Positions 1 through 12,579 are shown, counted from the first letter of the stretch. The stretch is DNA of 64,000 nt from Phyllosticta citribraziliensis (GCF_038025025.1 NW_027117340.1:2294001-2358000); one strand, 5' to 3'. Translations and numbers: made by a program. The notes: a model not told the origin generated them from the sequence alone.

Positions 1-348
1 GCCATTGAAGACGACCTCAACAATCAGCTCAATGCTGCGTATCTCAAACGCAATCGCAACCTGGGGAAAGGAAAGAAGAACACCAAGAACCGGCCCGGCG
101 GAGCGGGTGGTGGATCGCATGTGGTGCAAGTGGGCGGCGGCGTCAGCGGGGGTGCTGGCGCCGGTGCCAGGGGCCTCGGCGAGGAAATTCGCGCTCTCAT
201 GGAGAAAAAGGAGCGCTGGACCAGTGTTATTGGGCCCGTCGTCGACTATGGCAAGGCGGGCATTCCCCGCGAAAGCGTATTCGACGAGGAGACGATGAAG
301 CGCTATATCGAAAAAGAGCAGGAAGGCTGGACCGAGGAACAAGAGTAG
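1..348 (+). CDS. NGG1: SAGA histone acetyltransferase complex subunit Ada3/Ngg1, 3' end only
   Basis: Frame 1 is open from base 1: AIEDDLNNQLNAAYLKRNRNLGKGKKNTKNRPGGAGGGSH...RALMEKKERWTSVIGPV...EEQE*. This resembles the C-terminus of fungal Ada3 (AYLKR, RPGGAGGGSH, RW...IGPV). Confidence 0.8.
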   Translation, partial: AIEDDLNNQLNAAYLKRNRNLGKGKKNTKNRPGGAGGGSHVVQVGGGVSGGAGAGARGLGEEIRALMEKKERWTSVIGPVVDYGKAGIPRESVFDEETMKRYIEKEQEGWTEEQE

Positions 349-1560
349 CACGCATGCTGGCTTTCCTGTGGCGCTGTATTTGCATGTGGCGTGTACATGT
401 TGCTCGCGCGTTGTCGGTCTACGCCGTTTCGTACCGCAGATGGAGAATTATTCGCAGAGCTTTCACACCTGTCTGCTACCATTTGCTCCATGTGCTATCT
501 CTGCAACGCCTTATTTTTGCCTTCCCTCGGCCGACATGGACTTTTCTGGCCCCAGGCCGGGTCTACTCTCCCAGCGTCGTCGAGCAGCTGGGCGTCGAGT
601 AACAGCCATCTTTTCCCCCTTCATTGCTCCAGACAGCCGAAATACCGCCTACACTGCCCAGGAGACGCCGAACAAGGCACTTCATCCCAGAGACTCGCCG
701 CCAGAATCTCACTCTCCAAAGCTATCCTTGTCGTCATCTACGCTGTCGCCAATCCGGTCCTGTGCGAATGCACTCAATCAACATGTCCTCCTATCGTACC
801 CACACACGGAAGTAGATGCTTGACCCCTTTGGAGTTTGGCTTAGCACCAGGCCGCAGTAGCCTGCCATCAGTATCAAATTTGGCGTCGACGTCTTGAGAT
901 TGGTGGGCCCCTGGATTTGGTATAGACAGGCGGATGACAGGGCTGGACAGGGCACGTGGGAGTAGGAGTGGCAGTGAAAGAGGATGCGCGGACTAAACAC
1001 TACGAACAACTCGCTGGCTACCCGATTCGGCAGTTGCAGTGAGAGGTCTTACCGGATTTGAACCATCCAAGGAAGTGTTTGGAACGCAACTTCATACGTC
1101 ATAGGACGGCACGAGGTGCGTGATTGGGTCTATTCAGGTACAATTTCAATATTGGGGATCAGGATTGCAGCCGCCGCAAACAAGGCCAAGCGCGGACGTG
1201 GCATTATTACCGGCTCAGGTCTTGAGCGAGGTGATTCGATTCGCTGTATTCAATCCCAGAAGACGTTCTCGCAGGGACAAATCGGACCCGTTTGGCCAAC
1301 TAGAACCGCATCTGCTAGCCAGTGATGATGGGGGCTAAGATGCTGCTGGTGGGTGGAGGGCGCGGATGATACGCCAGCAATTGGACGCGGAGAGATGGTG
1401 CGAGCAATCTTTTCCCAAACGCATCTGCCCGCCTGACCGATATCTGATCCTGTTTGCAGAAGAGATCTACGCGTGATTATCTATCTTGTGTCGTGCCTGT
1501 TGTGAGCCCCGGTAGGAGAGCCGCAGTGCAATGCCTTTGGCTGGCGCGTCGTTTTTTCTC

Positions 1561-1570
1561 CTATATATCT
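1561..1570 (+). promoter_or_regulatory. Putative TATA box for the His-rich ORF
   Basis: CTATATATCT follows a T/C tract, about 110 nt upstream of the ATG at 1674. Confidence 0.4.
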
Positions 1571-1673
1571 CTGCCCGAAAGTCATCGTCTTTTCAGACCA
1601 GGCCAGACAGACTCGGACCGCCAGATAGCTTTGCCCTTGCTGTGGACAGCTGGCTTGCTTGCTTTTTCCAACC

Positions 1674-1958
1674 ATGACGCACCCTTCCTCGGGTCAAGTG
1701 CAGAAGCACAACCAACACCACCACGTTCAACACCACGGGCACCACGGGCACCACCAGCATCAACATCAACAGCATCATTCGCACCACTCGCACTACCACT
1801 GGCACGAGCACTACTCGTACCACCACCACTCGCACCACCAGCACCAGCATCACCAACACCAGCATCATCAGCATCAACACCATCAGGGCCACCAAAACAA
1901 CAGCAGCAACCATCATCACCAGCACTCCGCCCAGCAGCACCACCACAAGCACCACTAG
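1674..1958 (+). CDS. Small His/Gln-rich protein (94 aa, about 45 His), putative metal-binding peptide
   Basis: ATG in CAACCATG context, upstream TATA, and the frame is preserved through a CAN-rich tract that ends KHH-TAG exactly where the tract stops. Confidence 0.5.
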   Translation: MTHPSSGQVQKHNQHHHVQHHGHHGHHQHQHQQHHSHHSHYHWHEHYSYHHHSHHQHQHHQHQHHQHQHHQGHQNNSSNHHHQHSAQQHHHKHH

Positions 1959-2847
1959 TTAGCACCGGCGCTAGCACTGGCAGCAGAAGACGCAGGACTG
2001 CAGGCAGGCCCAAAAATAGCCATGTCTGCTGCGCGCTGCGTGCAGCGTGCAGTGGGGGCGCCAGTCAGCAGCGGCGGCTGGGCGGCCGAGCGGTTGATAC
2101 CAGTGGCTGGAATTAGAGCGCGGGCGGGCGCGGCGGGGGCATAGAGGGAGGGAGGGAGGGGATTTCCGGGTCTGATTGTGGCACGGCAGGTACGCACGTG
2201 TTGGGCGTGAGTGACGGGCAGGAGCGCGGGCGGCGTCGAGTGGGGGCGCGTTGTTGGTTGGGGTCCAGGAGGCTTTGGGTGCTTGGAGACGGGGGCTGTG
2301 GCTGGAAGCGGAAGAGTGTCGGAATAGTGTGGGGGCAGTGAGCATGTGGTGGAAGTGAGAGGGACGTGGATAGTGTAGTCATTGAACAGAGGAATCGTTT
2401 TCGGGATACGGAGATGGGCAAGTGCTCTGTTGTTTGTAGATTTTCTTCATTTGTTGTGGACAAAGTATTCATTTGTCTAGAGACTATGATGATATTGGAC
2501 TCAAACGTTACCTTCAGATCAGTGGTGAAAGGAGAAGGTTCAAAACGCCATGAAATGCCCAAGCGGAGGTGGTATAACGAAAGTGAAGCCAAAAGCCCGA
2601 CCCATCCCAACCCAATCCAGTCCAGTCCGGTCTATGCGTTCATTCATTCCTGGCAACAGCTCGCTCAAGCGCTGCAGAAAACCCAAAAATGCCGCCCAAA
2701 GAAAAAAAGAAAAAGAAAACGAGGGACAACCAATCAATCGAGAATATACCCAAAATAAGTAGAAAAAGGCTCGCGCCGCACGGCTCTGACCACCGCAGGA
2801 AAGATGTCAACAGGCAGGGCGAACAAGGAGGCCCTGAGCCGCTCTAG

Positions 2848-4737
2848 TCATAACTCCCCCTGAAAGAGGAACCCGGTGCCCTCGCCCCCTTTGACGCGGA
2901 ACTCGGCGCCCTCCTCGGCGCCCACCTCGGGCAGGGGAACCGTAGCCCTAGGCGTGGAGCCGTAGCAGCTGTCGAGGCGCTCGTCGAAGCCTTCCCAGCC
3001 GACGCACTTCCAGCAGCGGAACAGGCTGGTTGGGTCCCACTTGCGCTTGATGCTGAGCAGCCTGTCGTAGTTTGCGCCGAAGAACGTCTGCTGCCACTCT
3101 TCCTCGCCGTAGTCTGCCTCGTTGAGGTAGCAGCCGCCGCCCGGCGTCAGTTTCTTGATGAAGTCGATGGCCGTGCGGGAGGCCTTCCACAGCTTCGCGA
3201 CGGCCGCCTTGGACGTGCCGTCCCAGTAGCCCGACACGAAGTCGATGGTCCACAGCGCGTCGCGCCAGGCTGGGTGCGCCGACGTGGCGCCCTCGCTATC
3301 GGGGGTGTTGGCTGGCGTGGTCGCGTAGATCTGGAGCATGAAGCCTGGCACCTTTGTGCCGGCCGCTAGGCCGTTGAGCAGGGCGTCGACGAGAGCTGAT
3401 GTCTTTTCTCCTGGCGCAAAGAGCGGACGCGGAACCAGACGTCCGGTCTCGACAACTGCCATGCCGCCCGGTGCATTGCGCTGGATGATCCAATGGTAGT
3501 CCGAGTCGGTAGCCCAGTCCTTGTAAGTGTTGAAGTGCTCGTACGCGTGCTTGTGGATGCTGAGGCCGGGGAGCGAGGTGAGGAAGTTGGCCCATTCCGA
3601 GGTCAGGTCAATGAGATGTGACAGGGGCTTGTTGGACGGATATACGAGGTGGGTCTCGATCTTGTCGTGGCAGAAGAAGTTGTAGCCCGAAATGTTGTTG
3701 GCTGACCAAAAAGGTTGACTCTGGACGAAGGCGTGAAGAATGGTGCGGTAAACCCATGACTCTCGGATGTCTTCGGGGATGTCGGTGATGTTTGCCAGGA
3801 AGCTGTAGGTGTTGAATTGAACATGGGGGTGGACCTTGAACTTGTAGTTTATCAAGACGGCATATGTTCCACCGCCGCCGCCCCTCATGGCCCAGAACAG
3901 GTCTGGCTCGTTGCATTCGTTGATAGTCCTGAAGACTCCATCGGCAGTGACCACATCGAACTCGACTGCCTGGTCGACCATGAGACCGTAAGAGGGACCA
4001 AAGGGACCGTGGCCAGCCCCCTGACCGAAGCCTCCAGCAGGGCCTACGGTACCGACAGCACCTAGCGTAATATCCATGCCTCGTGCCTGGAAGAAGTCCC
4101 GAGCTTCGCCAGCGCTCACACCAGCACCAATCACACCAATGTTTTCGTGCGATCCAGCGCAGTTGTGGAGAGAGAAGTTTTCATGATATTCCAGATTCCG
4201 GATGTTGCGAGTCCACAGCGCCAGCGAATTCGCAGCCACACTGCGTCCAAGATAATCATGGCCAGAGTTCTTGATGGAAAGCCTAATACCGGTCTTGTTG
4301 ACAAACTTGAGAGTCTGAACAACGTCGTCTGTGGTTGTCGCGTTTACGTAGTACGCTGAGAGGGCTCCCAGAGAGCAGGGTTCTTGTATTGGTGCGCTCT
4401 GCAGCTTGCCCGTCTTAACCAGGCATTCTTGTTCTCCACATCCCTCCCATTGAAGATTTTGCATCGCGCCATAGACCGAAGCTCTTGCAATGTCGTCTCC
4501 GTAGCGACTTTGAACCCAGGCACACTGCTTTGCGTCGTAGTTGCTCGAACCCTCAAAGCATGAGCTGGCAATGGGCTCCGTGACCCGTAGTTGGCCGCCG
4601 AGACTGGTGTTGAGAGCACGCCATTGGTCGTTGGAAGGCCAGCAGGGCTCACCCGGTTGGCATGAAAAGGAGGCTGATGATAGTTGTGCTGCCAGAAGCA
4701 GCAAAAGCGTCTGCGGTAGTGTTGATAGAGTAACCAT
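2848..4737 (-). CDS. Secreted FAD-linked oxidoreductase, berberine-bridge-enzyme (BBE)/VAO superfamily
   Basis: 629-aa ORF with a signal peptide, CQPGEPCWPS, KNSGHDYLGRS flavinylation motif, DLFWAMRGGGG, and BBE-domain YLNEAD...FFGANYDRLLSIKRKWDP. Confidence 0.93.
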   Translation of the reverse strand: MVTLSTLPQTLLLLLAAQLSSASFSCQPGEPCWPSNDQWRALNTSLGGQLRVTEPIASSCFEGSSNYDAKQCAWVQSRYGDDIARASVYGAMQNLQWEGCGEQECLVKTGKLQSAPIQEPCSLGALSAYYVNATTTDDVVQTLKFVNKTGIRLSIKNSGHDYLGRSVAANSLALWTRNIRNLEYHENFSLHNCAGSHENIGVIGAGVSAGEARDFFQARGMDITLGAVGTVGPAGGFGQGAGHGPFGPSYGLMVDQAVEFDVVTADGVFRTINECNEPDLFWAMRGGGGGTYAVLINYKFKVHPHVQFNTYSFLANITDIPEDIRESWVYRTILHAFVQSQPFWSANNISGYNFFCHDKIETHLVYPSNKPLSHLIDLTSEWANFLTSLPGLSIHKHAYEHFNTYKDWATDSDYHWIIQRNAPGGMAVVETGRLVPRPLFAPGEKTSALVDALLNGLAAGTKVPGFMLQIYATTPANTPDSEGATSAHPAWRDALWTIDFVSGYWDGTSKAAVAKLWKASRTAIDFIKKLTPGGGCYLNEADYGEEEWQQTFFGANYDRLLSIKRKWDPTSLFRCWKCVGWEGFDERLDSCYGSTPRATVPLPEVGAEEGAEFRVKGGEGTGFLFQGEL

Positions 4738-6971
4738 GTTGCGTTGGGTATAGGACGGTCAGGACCGGTCTGTCAAGATGGGACCACGGCTATATGTAAA
4801 ACACATGTCGAGCAGAACCAGGGCCGTCTAAGGCGCTGCTGCGGCTGCGTCGCCGGTAACAGCAAAAGACGAAAAAAGGACAATGCGCCGCAGCAACCCC
4901 CATCACCGCCCGGAGTCTAGGGTAGTGAGAAGAAAGTAGCGAGAATGATGAACAGAAAAAGCGTCATTGGCTCAAGCGCGAGGCATCATTGGCGGCGGCG
5001 CAGGCAGCCAGGCGCTAGAGCGCTGTGATGAGGGCTCAGCCTTCAAATCGGGGGCCATTCTTTTGCGCAACTGACGTGATACTGCTTAGCAGAGCGCATG
5101 TTCGAAGAGAAAACGGTCGCGACGGCTAGGCTAGGCTAGGCGACTTGTCCCCGCGTGCGCGTGAGCCGTCAGACATTGGCGGCGGCCGCGGTGAAGGGGT
5201 TCTGGGGTGGGAAAGTCAGACTTGCAGTCAGCCACGGCACTGTAGATCCGCTTGTCGTCGCCGCGATAAGATGAACAGGTACGTGGACACGGGCCAAACC
5301 ATTCCTGAACCAGCCCTCCGACGGTGAGTGACTGGTACTGCGCCGCTTGCAGCCTGCGGATTTGCGGCAATTGGGATGGGAGGAGCGTGAGAGGTATTCA
5401 TGCGATGACGCTGTATTGCGTGCGCTGCTGGTTCGCGAGCACCGGCGACAACAGCTCTATCCATTTCAGTCTAGGTCGATGGATAGGTCGTGGAACACAT
5501 TCGACAATTTTTTGCGCAGAAGCCGAGTCCTGCGCGACGAGACCTGAGCTATTCGTGGATTTGTGCAACTTTGATGGGACGCCAATCAGCCGCATGTAAC
5601 AAGGACGCTGGCCATCCCGGAGGTAGGATCTAACCCAACGGAATAATCCATCTTGGGAATCGAATCACTCTCCCCAGAGACTGTCCAGCGCAAGAAGGCA
5701 CCAGATGTGGACTGGCCCCCCGGCGACGTCAGTAATGACGCGCTCCATTCCGCAGCCTCACCGTCGCCCTTTGGCTTGTGGGTTGAGATGGAGGAGATTT
5801 CTCAGTCGGATGCATAGTCGGATGCATACTGCACCTTCTGTCGGCAAACGACCTTTCCCAGATGAGGAATATGGTGCGTGGCGTGTGTGGTACAACGATT
5901 GATGTCGACTCGGCAATGCCCGGCAATGGTTGATGGGTTGGTTGCAGACCAATGACCATGCGTTTCCGACAATGGGGCACGCACGATGCTGCTGTGTTCC
6001 GATCATTCAGCCTCATCATTGCCTTGCGGCCTGCCTCGTCGCCTGGCGGTCGCGGATACGGCCACGGGAAGCAGCAAATGCCAAAAGTCGTCTTCTCTCC
6101 GCCGTGGCGGTCTTGGTCCATACAGTCACCGTGGCATGGATCATTCGTCTGCTCAACGGTGCGTCAGCTCAGCCGATTGCGCGGGCGATCCTTGCTCGTC
6201 GTCTTGTTCCTTTTGTCCATTGGCGCTGGGCGCGCTGCTCTCGGGCTGGTCTGGACCGTCATGGCGATAGGGCTGTGAGGTTGACTCGTCAGTCGTTTCC
6301 GGTATAGATTGCCTGTAGTCGCGTTCCTTCACCGTAGCTGCACGGCGGTCAGTCGCTGAGACGCTGCCCTGCGCATGGGACTGAGGGAGATCCGCGCAAC
6401 CGAGCGGTTACGTCAGTGGGGTGAATCGGCCTAGGTCAGGACGTGGTATGAACATATTGACCGTAATTCGTATCCCGCGGCTCAAAGCGGGAATTCGAGA
6501 CTTCTGGATGCTTCACGTCCAGTTCCAGAGACATCGAGGGAGACACACAGCCAAGGCCGTGGGGGTGAAACCGGAACACGTAAGATGGCCAAGTGCTTGG
6601 TTGAAGTTTGATGTTTCGCGGATGGTCGAGTTCCTTTTCGACTCCGGTCTGGCGGGGTCGTTTGAAACGAGAAGGCATGTCGTTGATTCAAAGTTTGGTG
6701 ATGAAAGAGAACAGGCAACAGCCAAACACCAGCTTGAAGGGCGCTAGTGGCTGTGCTAGATGCCTGACGGTCAATCCTGAGGCATGCACTGGAGACCCAT
6801 ATCCAACACAACAAGCTTGGTATTCAACACGTGGAGCCGCCTTTCCGCCCCAGCATGCAGTCGGTCTCCTTGGTCAACTTCCTAGTTTTCCTGATAAACT
6901 CCACCGCTTGAAAATGCCCCAAAAAGAACAAAGAAACCACGCAGACGTTGAATCCCGGCAAATATTGCCCC

Positions 6972-9900
6972 TTATTGACCTGTCTCAACGCTAGCCACGA
7001 GACACTCCAACGCCCGCGTCAACTCGCCCAATATCCTCTCCTCCAACCTGTTCTCGCTAGAGCTGTTTTCCTCCAACGGCTTCTTGCTCAGGAGCTCAAC
7101 CTCCTTCTCTGTTACTGGCACTATCCTCTCCCTTAGACTCCTCCTTCCTTGCACCCAGCCCTCGACGTCTTCCTTGACAACCGCCTTGTCCCACTTTAGC
7201 TCTAGCATGCCGCCATCCACACCAGCAAGCTCCGGGTTCTCTTGGCGGAACCTCTCTAGAACAAGGGAGATGAGTGCAAGAGAGTGTGCCTCGGCAGCAG
7301 AGCCAAGGTTGACCCCACCAGCGTTCGGATCTTTGGCCGTGGGTGTGATCCTAGGATTGAGGCATCCAGAGGCACGGGCAAGCTGCTCAGGGAACTGATT
7401 CAAGAAGGCAGCGACCTCCGGCGCCACAGCAGGGCCAACGGCGACCAGAATGTTCAGGCAGAGCGGCAGGATTCCCTTGACCCAAATTGAAAAGAGACGA
7501 TGAGGTGCGTCAAACGGCCCCATTCCCCTAGGTCGGCGGTACAGATTCATCAGGTTTGCTGTACTGAGACGAGATAAGACGCCCTCGACGGCCAGCATCT
7601 CCGCCATTGGGAAAAGGGAAGAAAGCTCGAGCAGGAACAGAATGCTCAATTCGCCAAAGACCGGATCGTTGTCAGTACCGACGATCAATTTGTCAGCCCA
7701 CGTGAATAGTGACACCGCATAACGCACGGTATTGCAGTTGGCGAACAGGACGGTTATTTCGGCTTGGATCCCCTTGATTCCTGGAAGGCGGAGAATGCTC
7801 TGCAAGAGTCCGCTGATGAGCACAAAGTCCGCAGGCTCTACGCTTTTCGCGTCCTCGTGCAGCTGACTGGCAAGAGACTGGAGGCCTCGTGCAACGACCT
7901 TGTCAAGAATTTCGAGTACCTGCGTTGTATTCTCAGGCATGGTATTCCTAATGCCTCGTTCTTGCTGTGATGCTCTGAGGGGGGCATCCGACCGAACGTG
8001 AGGTTGCAGGGTCAAGAAGAGAATCTTTAGCAGCGTGCGGTAATAGTCAGCCTGCTCTCCAACAAAAGCAATGTCGAAATCTTGACCAGAGAGTCGGATC
8101 GTCTCCCATGCCACGTTGAACAAGCCTCGGAGGCGTTCGCCCTTGAACTCGGCCGCCACAAGCTTCTGCATGAGCACAAAGGCGAATTCTGCTCGGATCA
8201 AGACTAAACGCGCAAAGAGCTGTTGAGATCCTGTGGCTTGCTGGTTGGCCCTGAGGCAATCTTCCACCACCTGAGTCAGAATGTCCTCCAGTCTGTTGTC
8301 CTTGTTGGCGATGGAGGCGAGCTCCGTAGCGAGGAGCTTCCAACTTTTTAAGAGCATGATCTGCGTCTCCACTTGCGAGAGATTGACGTTGGCCCTTTCG
8401 AGCTCGTTGCTGAAACCGCCGTTACCATCTCTTCCGACCCAGGTCTGGTCGAAGCCAATGACCTTCTTGGCGAACTCCAAGTCATAATAGTAACCCGTGC
8501 CGAACTCTGTCTTTTGCAGCGCAGTCTTTTTGAAACTTGAAAGCTGACAACCAGGAAACCTTCTTTCAATGTTCCTCTTGAGATTGGAATGCAACGACTG
8601 GTTGTAAGAGGGCGGCTCCACGCCATGTGCAATCAGATAGTTTAATTTTGCCATGACGTGCTGCGCAGGGCGGACGTCACCCAGCTGGCGCGCATAGTGA
8701 AGGCACATGGCACCGATATCTGCAACCAATGAAGCCATGTGGGCCTTGATGCAGTCTTCCACGAGCTCCCCAGGTGGACGATTCGGTGTCCCTTGACTCA
8801 GATCGCGGATAAAGTCCATGATGGAAGTCAGGAATTGGCGGTGTCGGTGCATACTAGTCACTGCCCACGGCCAATGATTCTGCGCCACACAGATGAATTG
8901 CAGCATTGCCACAGCTCGTCGAGGCTCCAGATTCTGGATTTCACACAACTCGTCGAGGGCGATTTGCAAGACTGGCTTACCCCTGGGCCTGCCCTGGACT
9001 TGCTTTGCCGTGCTCTTCAGAGAGTCGCGAGGAGTGTTGCCGGTGAGCAGGTAGATGGAGAACCATTGTTGCTTGCTCCCCACGACAGCTGAAAGCAATC
9101 TCCAGACGTCAACTTCAAGCTGCTTGTCTTTCAAAGGTCCGCTCATGATTGACATGACGCTGAGGAACGCCCTGGCGGTTTCGGGTCCTAGATGCCCTAG
9201 GAGAGACGGAGGTTCTCTGTCTCCTCTTGCAGCACTTTTGACTAGTGTTTCAAACAGTCTTAGCACCGGAGACTTGAAGCTTTCATGGGCTATTGACAGC
9301 CGTGCGAGAAGCGGCGAAGCCTTGAAGAGCTTTTTCTCAAGATATGACGTGGGCAAGTCCAAGAGGACTGTTGCCTGCAAGGCAAGGGAGGTGAGTTCAA
9401 GTGCGGAAATGGTAGAGGCCGTCCAAAGCTGCACAGTTTTTACAGACGTAGTCGTCGTCGGGCGGTTGGTTCCGTAGAAGAATTGATTGAGCAAAGCGTG
9501 GACTGAGATGTCATTGGCAGACTCCGACGCGTATGTGTCCAAAACGTATGCAGCAGCGGGTGCGAGAACACCGAAAAGCTTTTGCTGCGCATCGGTGGTC
9601 TCGTTGTCAAAGCCGTAGACTGTCTGGAGGATGAGGTAGAAAGTGTCGGTGATGAGCCAATTCAGCTCTAATCTTTGCTCAACTGCTGCGAATCTCCAGC
9701 TGGGTGCGCTTTCAAAGACACCGACCAAAGTCTTTGTGAAAGCCATGATTACTTTGGTTTTGATTTTGTCAGAAGATGATCCGCCAGCAGCTGGAGAGGC
9801 CGCAAAACGCACGGCGGCGCGGCTATTCTGGCGGCTAGAAACGGCATGCCCGATGCAGTCGTCCGTAAGCGCTTTGAGGAGCCGAGCACAACTCAGGAGA

Positions 9901-12579
9901 AAGTCGTACCGACCCGCGACCATCTCGGTTCCTGACACAACGGCCTCGAGATTGCCACCAGAGCCCTCGATATCCAGCAATCGGCTTCTCGTGAAAAACG
10001 GCCAGACCCTGTTGGGAAAGACTGAAAGGAGGGCGTGGATGAATTGGATGCAGTTGACGAGCAGCTCCAGAGAGCCTTCGGAATTTGGCCTCTCACGCAG
10101 TCCCTGAAGCTCTTGCTCAAAAATGTCGAAAATCAAACTGATAATGTCGCCTTGATCGTCCTCAAGGCCCTCGCTGGCATCTTCCAAGATGCTCTGGGCT
10201 TCCACTTTTGGATCTGCGTCTGCAATGTGGGCTTTGATGGAGGCGGTTATCAACATGGCAAGAAGGCCAATGTATTCGCTCGCAATCTCTATGCTGATGT
10301 GCTCGCCGCTTCCCAGTTCGATGACGTCGTTGCCTGCGAGATAGCTAGACAAGTGCGTCGCCAGATAGCGCAGCACCGAGTGCCTGTATACCCAAGCAAC
10401 AACGAGCGGTCTGGCATCTGGGTTCAGAACGTACCCGACAGTCCTGGCAGGCAGAATATGCCTAGACTCTACGTGGAGAGTGTCCTCGGCCAAGACAACT
10501 TCGTTACCCTCTGGAATTTCGACGATTGGGCGCTTGGTCAATTTCTTGTTCCAAAAGAGGCTCAAGTCCTCTGTGAGCTCGACGGCGTAAGAGTTTTCTT
10601 CCTCGCGAATTGGCGTGTACGAGACGAACTTGGGGGGCAGCGTCTGGGTGAATTGGGCCTTGTTTTGCAGCCAATCTGCCACCACGAGATTTCCTTCTTC
10701 ATTGAGCTCGGCGGCGAAACACGCTGCCCGGCAAAACTTGAGCAGTGGCAAGGTTTCGTACGGATATCGCAGTTTGGCTTCTTGAAGGATGCCAAGACCG
10801 TCCTCTGCCAGAGCCGCATCTAGGACGGGGTCTCCTGCTGCGGCTGCTGGCTTGCCGATGAAGTCCCAGTAATCTTGGCCGCCGTTCACGACGGCAAAAA
10901 CGCTCAGGATAACTTCAGGAGAATACTGCACTGTGAACATCCCATCGCGAATGAGGGACATCAACTGGAAGCGCATGCGGTTTTCGACATGCAAATCCAC
11001 CCATGCTCTTATCCCCTTGTCGCTGCGACCAGATCGTCCGTCGAAAATCTCTCTTACGTTCAATGCCAGGTCGGAGATAAGCTCGTGTACCCTAGCATTC
11101 GCCACTGTTGCTTTTGTGAGAAACACGATAGGCTCGTCGTCGATTTCTAGATCGATGGTGATAAAAGCGTCGTGAATCTTCTCCACGAGAGTGTTCTGAG
11201 AAACCGCGCCGCCCTGAGTTAGGGCATGGTCGCGTTCCTGCGCCAACACAGCACTCTCCTGCTTGCAGATGAGGCCAAAAATCACAAATGCAAATGCACC
11301 CAACGTCGCTGGTGTCGGACCTTCACTAGCGATAAGGAAGATGTCCAACAGACTTTGGATACACTTTGTGTTGTGCACCCACTTTTCGTCTTGCAACTCG
11401 TTCTCCACGCTGGCGTTCGCGCCATCTGTTTCGATGAACCTGAGAGCCGCTGGCAGGTTGAGAATTGCCACTGAAACCATAGCAACGAGGATTTGAAAGT
11501 GGGGAACCAAAGCGGGTTGGGTTTGAAAGGGCAAAACAACGTCTCTCAAGAACTTGAAATCCTCCAAGAGCCGGAACCAGCTCAAGACGCAGACCTGAGG
11601 GAGGGGCTCGCTGGCGAAGTCCGCGTGGGTGAAAATGAGTTGGAGAAGCAGGCCGGCTTCCGCGAATTGGCAATGGCTCCACAACTCTGCCGCTTGCACG
11701 CTGCCTCCCTGCTCTTTGAACCATTTGTCTCCCGCATAGCATTCGGACAAGCGAACCCGAACTTCTTCGATGCCAAGGTAGATGGAGTTTTCGCCTTGCG
11801 CCAAGAAAGTCTTCCTCCCAAGCTCTTGGACCCATTGCGCACATGCTCTCCGATCGGGTGTGCCAGAGCGCTCTTCTTCCAGAGTTGCAGCTCCAATGCG
11901 AGCAATAAGATCGCCCACGCGCAGAATGTGGATCCTCTCGGAAGTGTAGACTTCGAGAATCCGTAGCCGTCTCTGCTCCAGGGTGTTGAAGCCTGCAAAA
12001 CTCTGACCAATGCTGCTGGCCGTCGCCGCCATGATGGATGATTTGGGCAAAAAGGTTGATGAGCCCAGATTCGCGCCTCCAGCAGCGTCTTGCACGCTGA
12101 GGGTCTCCTCTTCTGTAAATCCACTCAGCAGCTGTGCAGCAGGCCGTGCCTGCCACTCCAGCAAAACAATCCTGAGCGCATCGATTTCATTGACGTTTGC
12201 CTCTCCAGAAAGCCATTCTGTGTCCGCCTTGATTTCTTTGATGTCATAATGGTCGTTTTCTCCTGGAGTAACGTTTATGGCGGCGGTCTTGGTCTCGTAG
12301 CTTGATTTCGACTGGGGATTCGGCGGTCGGAAGGGCTCGAATGGTTTGTTGAGCGCGGCGGCGACGCTCTCGTCGTTCAAAAAGTTACGCAGGGTATCGT
12401 TTTCGCCATTGGGGTCTTGGTTGGAGAGGGCCGAAAACACGTCCTTCCAGGACCTGAAGCAGTCAGTAGAGCCCATCAGTCGCGCTGTGTTGATGAGGTG
12501 CGTACAGGAGCGGCTGCTCTCCGCCGAGGCATCTGTCCAGAGGAGGAAAGACAGCGGCGTCTCCAGATATTGCGGCCAT
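6972..12579 (-). CDS. NUP188: Nucleoporin Nup188 (Nup184)
   Basis: Exon 1 (12579-12506, MAAISGDAAVFPPLDRCLGGEQPLL), 52-nt intron 12505-12454 (GTACGC...CTGAC...CAG), then one long helical exon (SWKDVF..., ETKTAAINVTP, LRIVLLEWQARP, QQWFSIYLLTG). Confidence 0.88.

Noticed and set aside
1454..2116. Pro/Ala-rich, Val/Met-rich and Gly/Ala-rich ORFs overlapping the His-rich tract
   Set aside because: These are alternative frames of a CAN triplet tract with non-ATG starts. Only the His frame has an ATG, TATA and a stop bounding the tract.
5205..5222. RNase P/MRP CR-I-like GGTGGGAAAGTCAG
   Set aside because: No complementary CR-V/P4 partner found at a suitable distance downstream.
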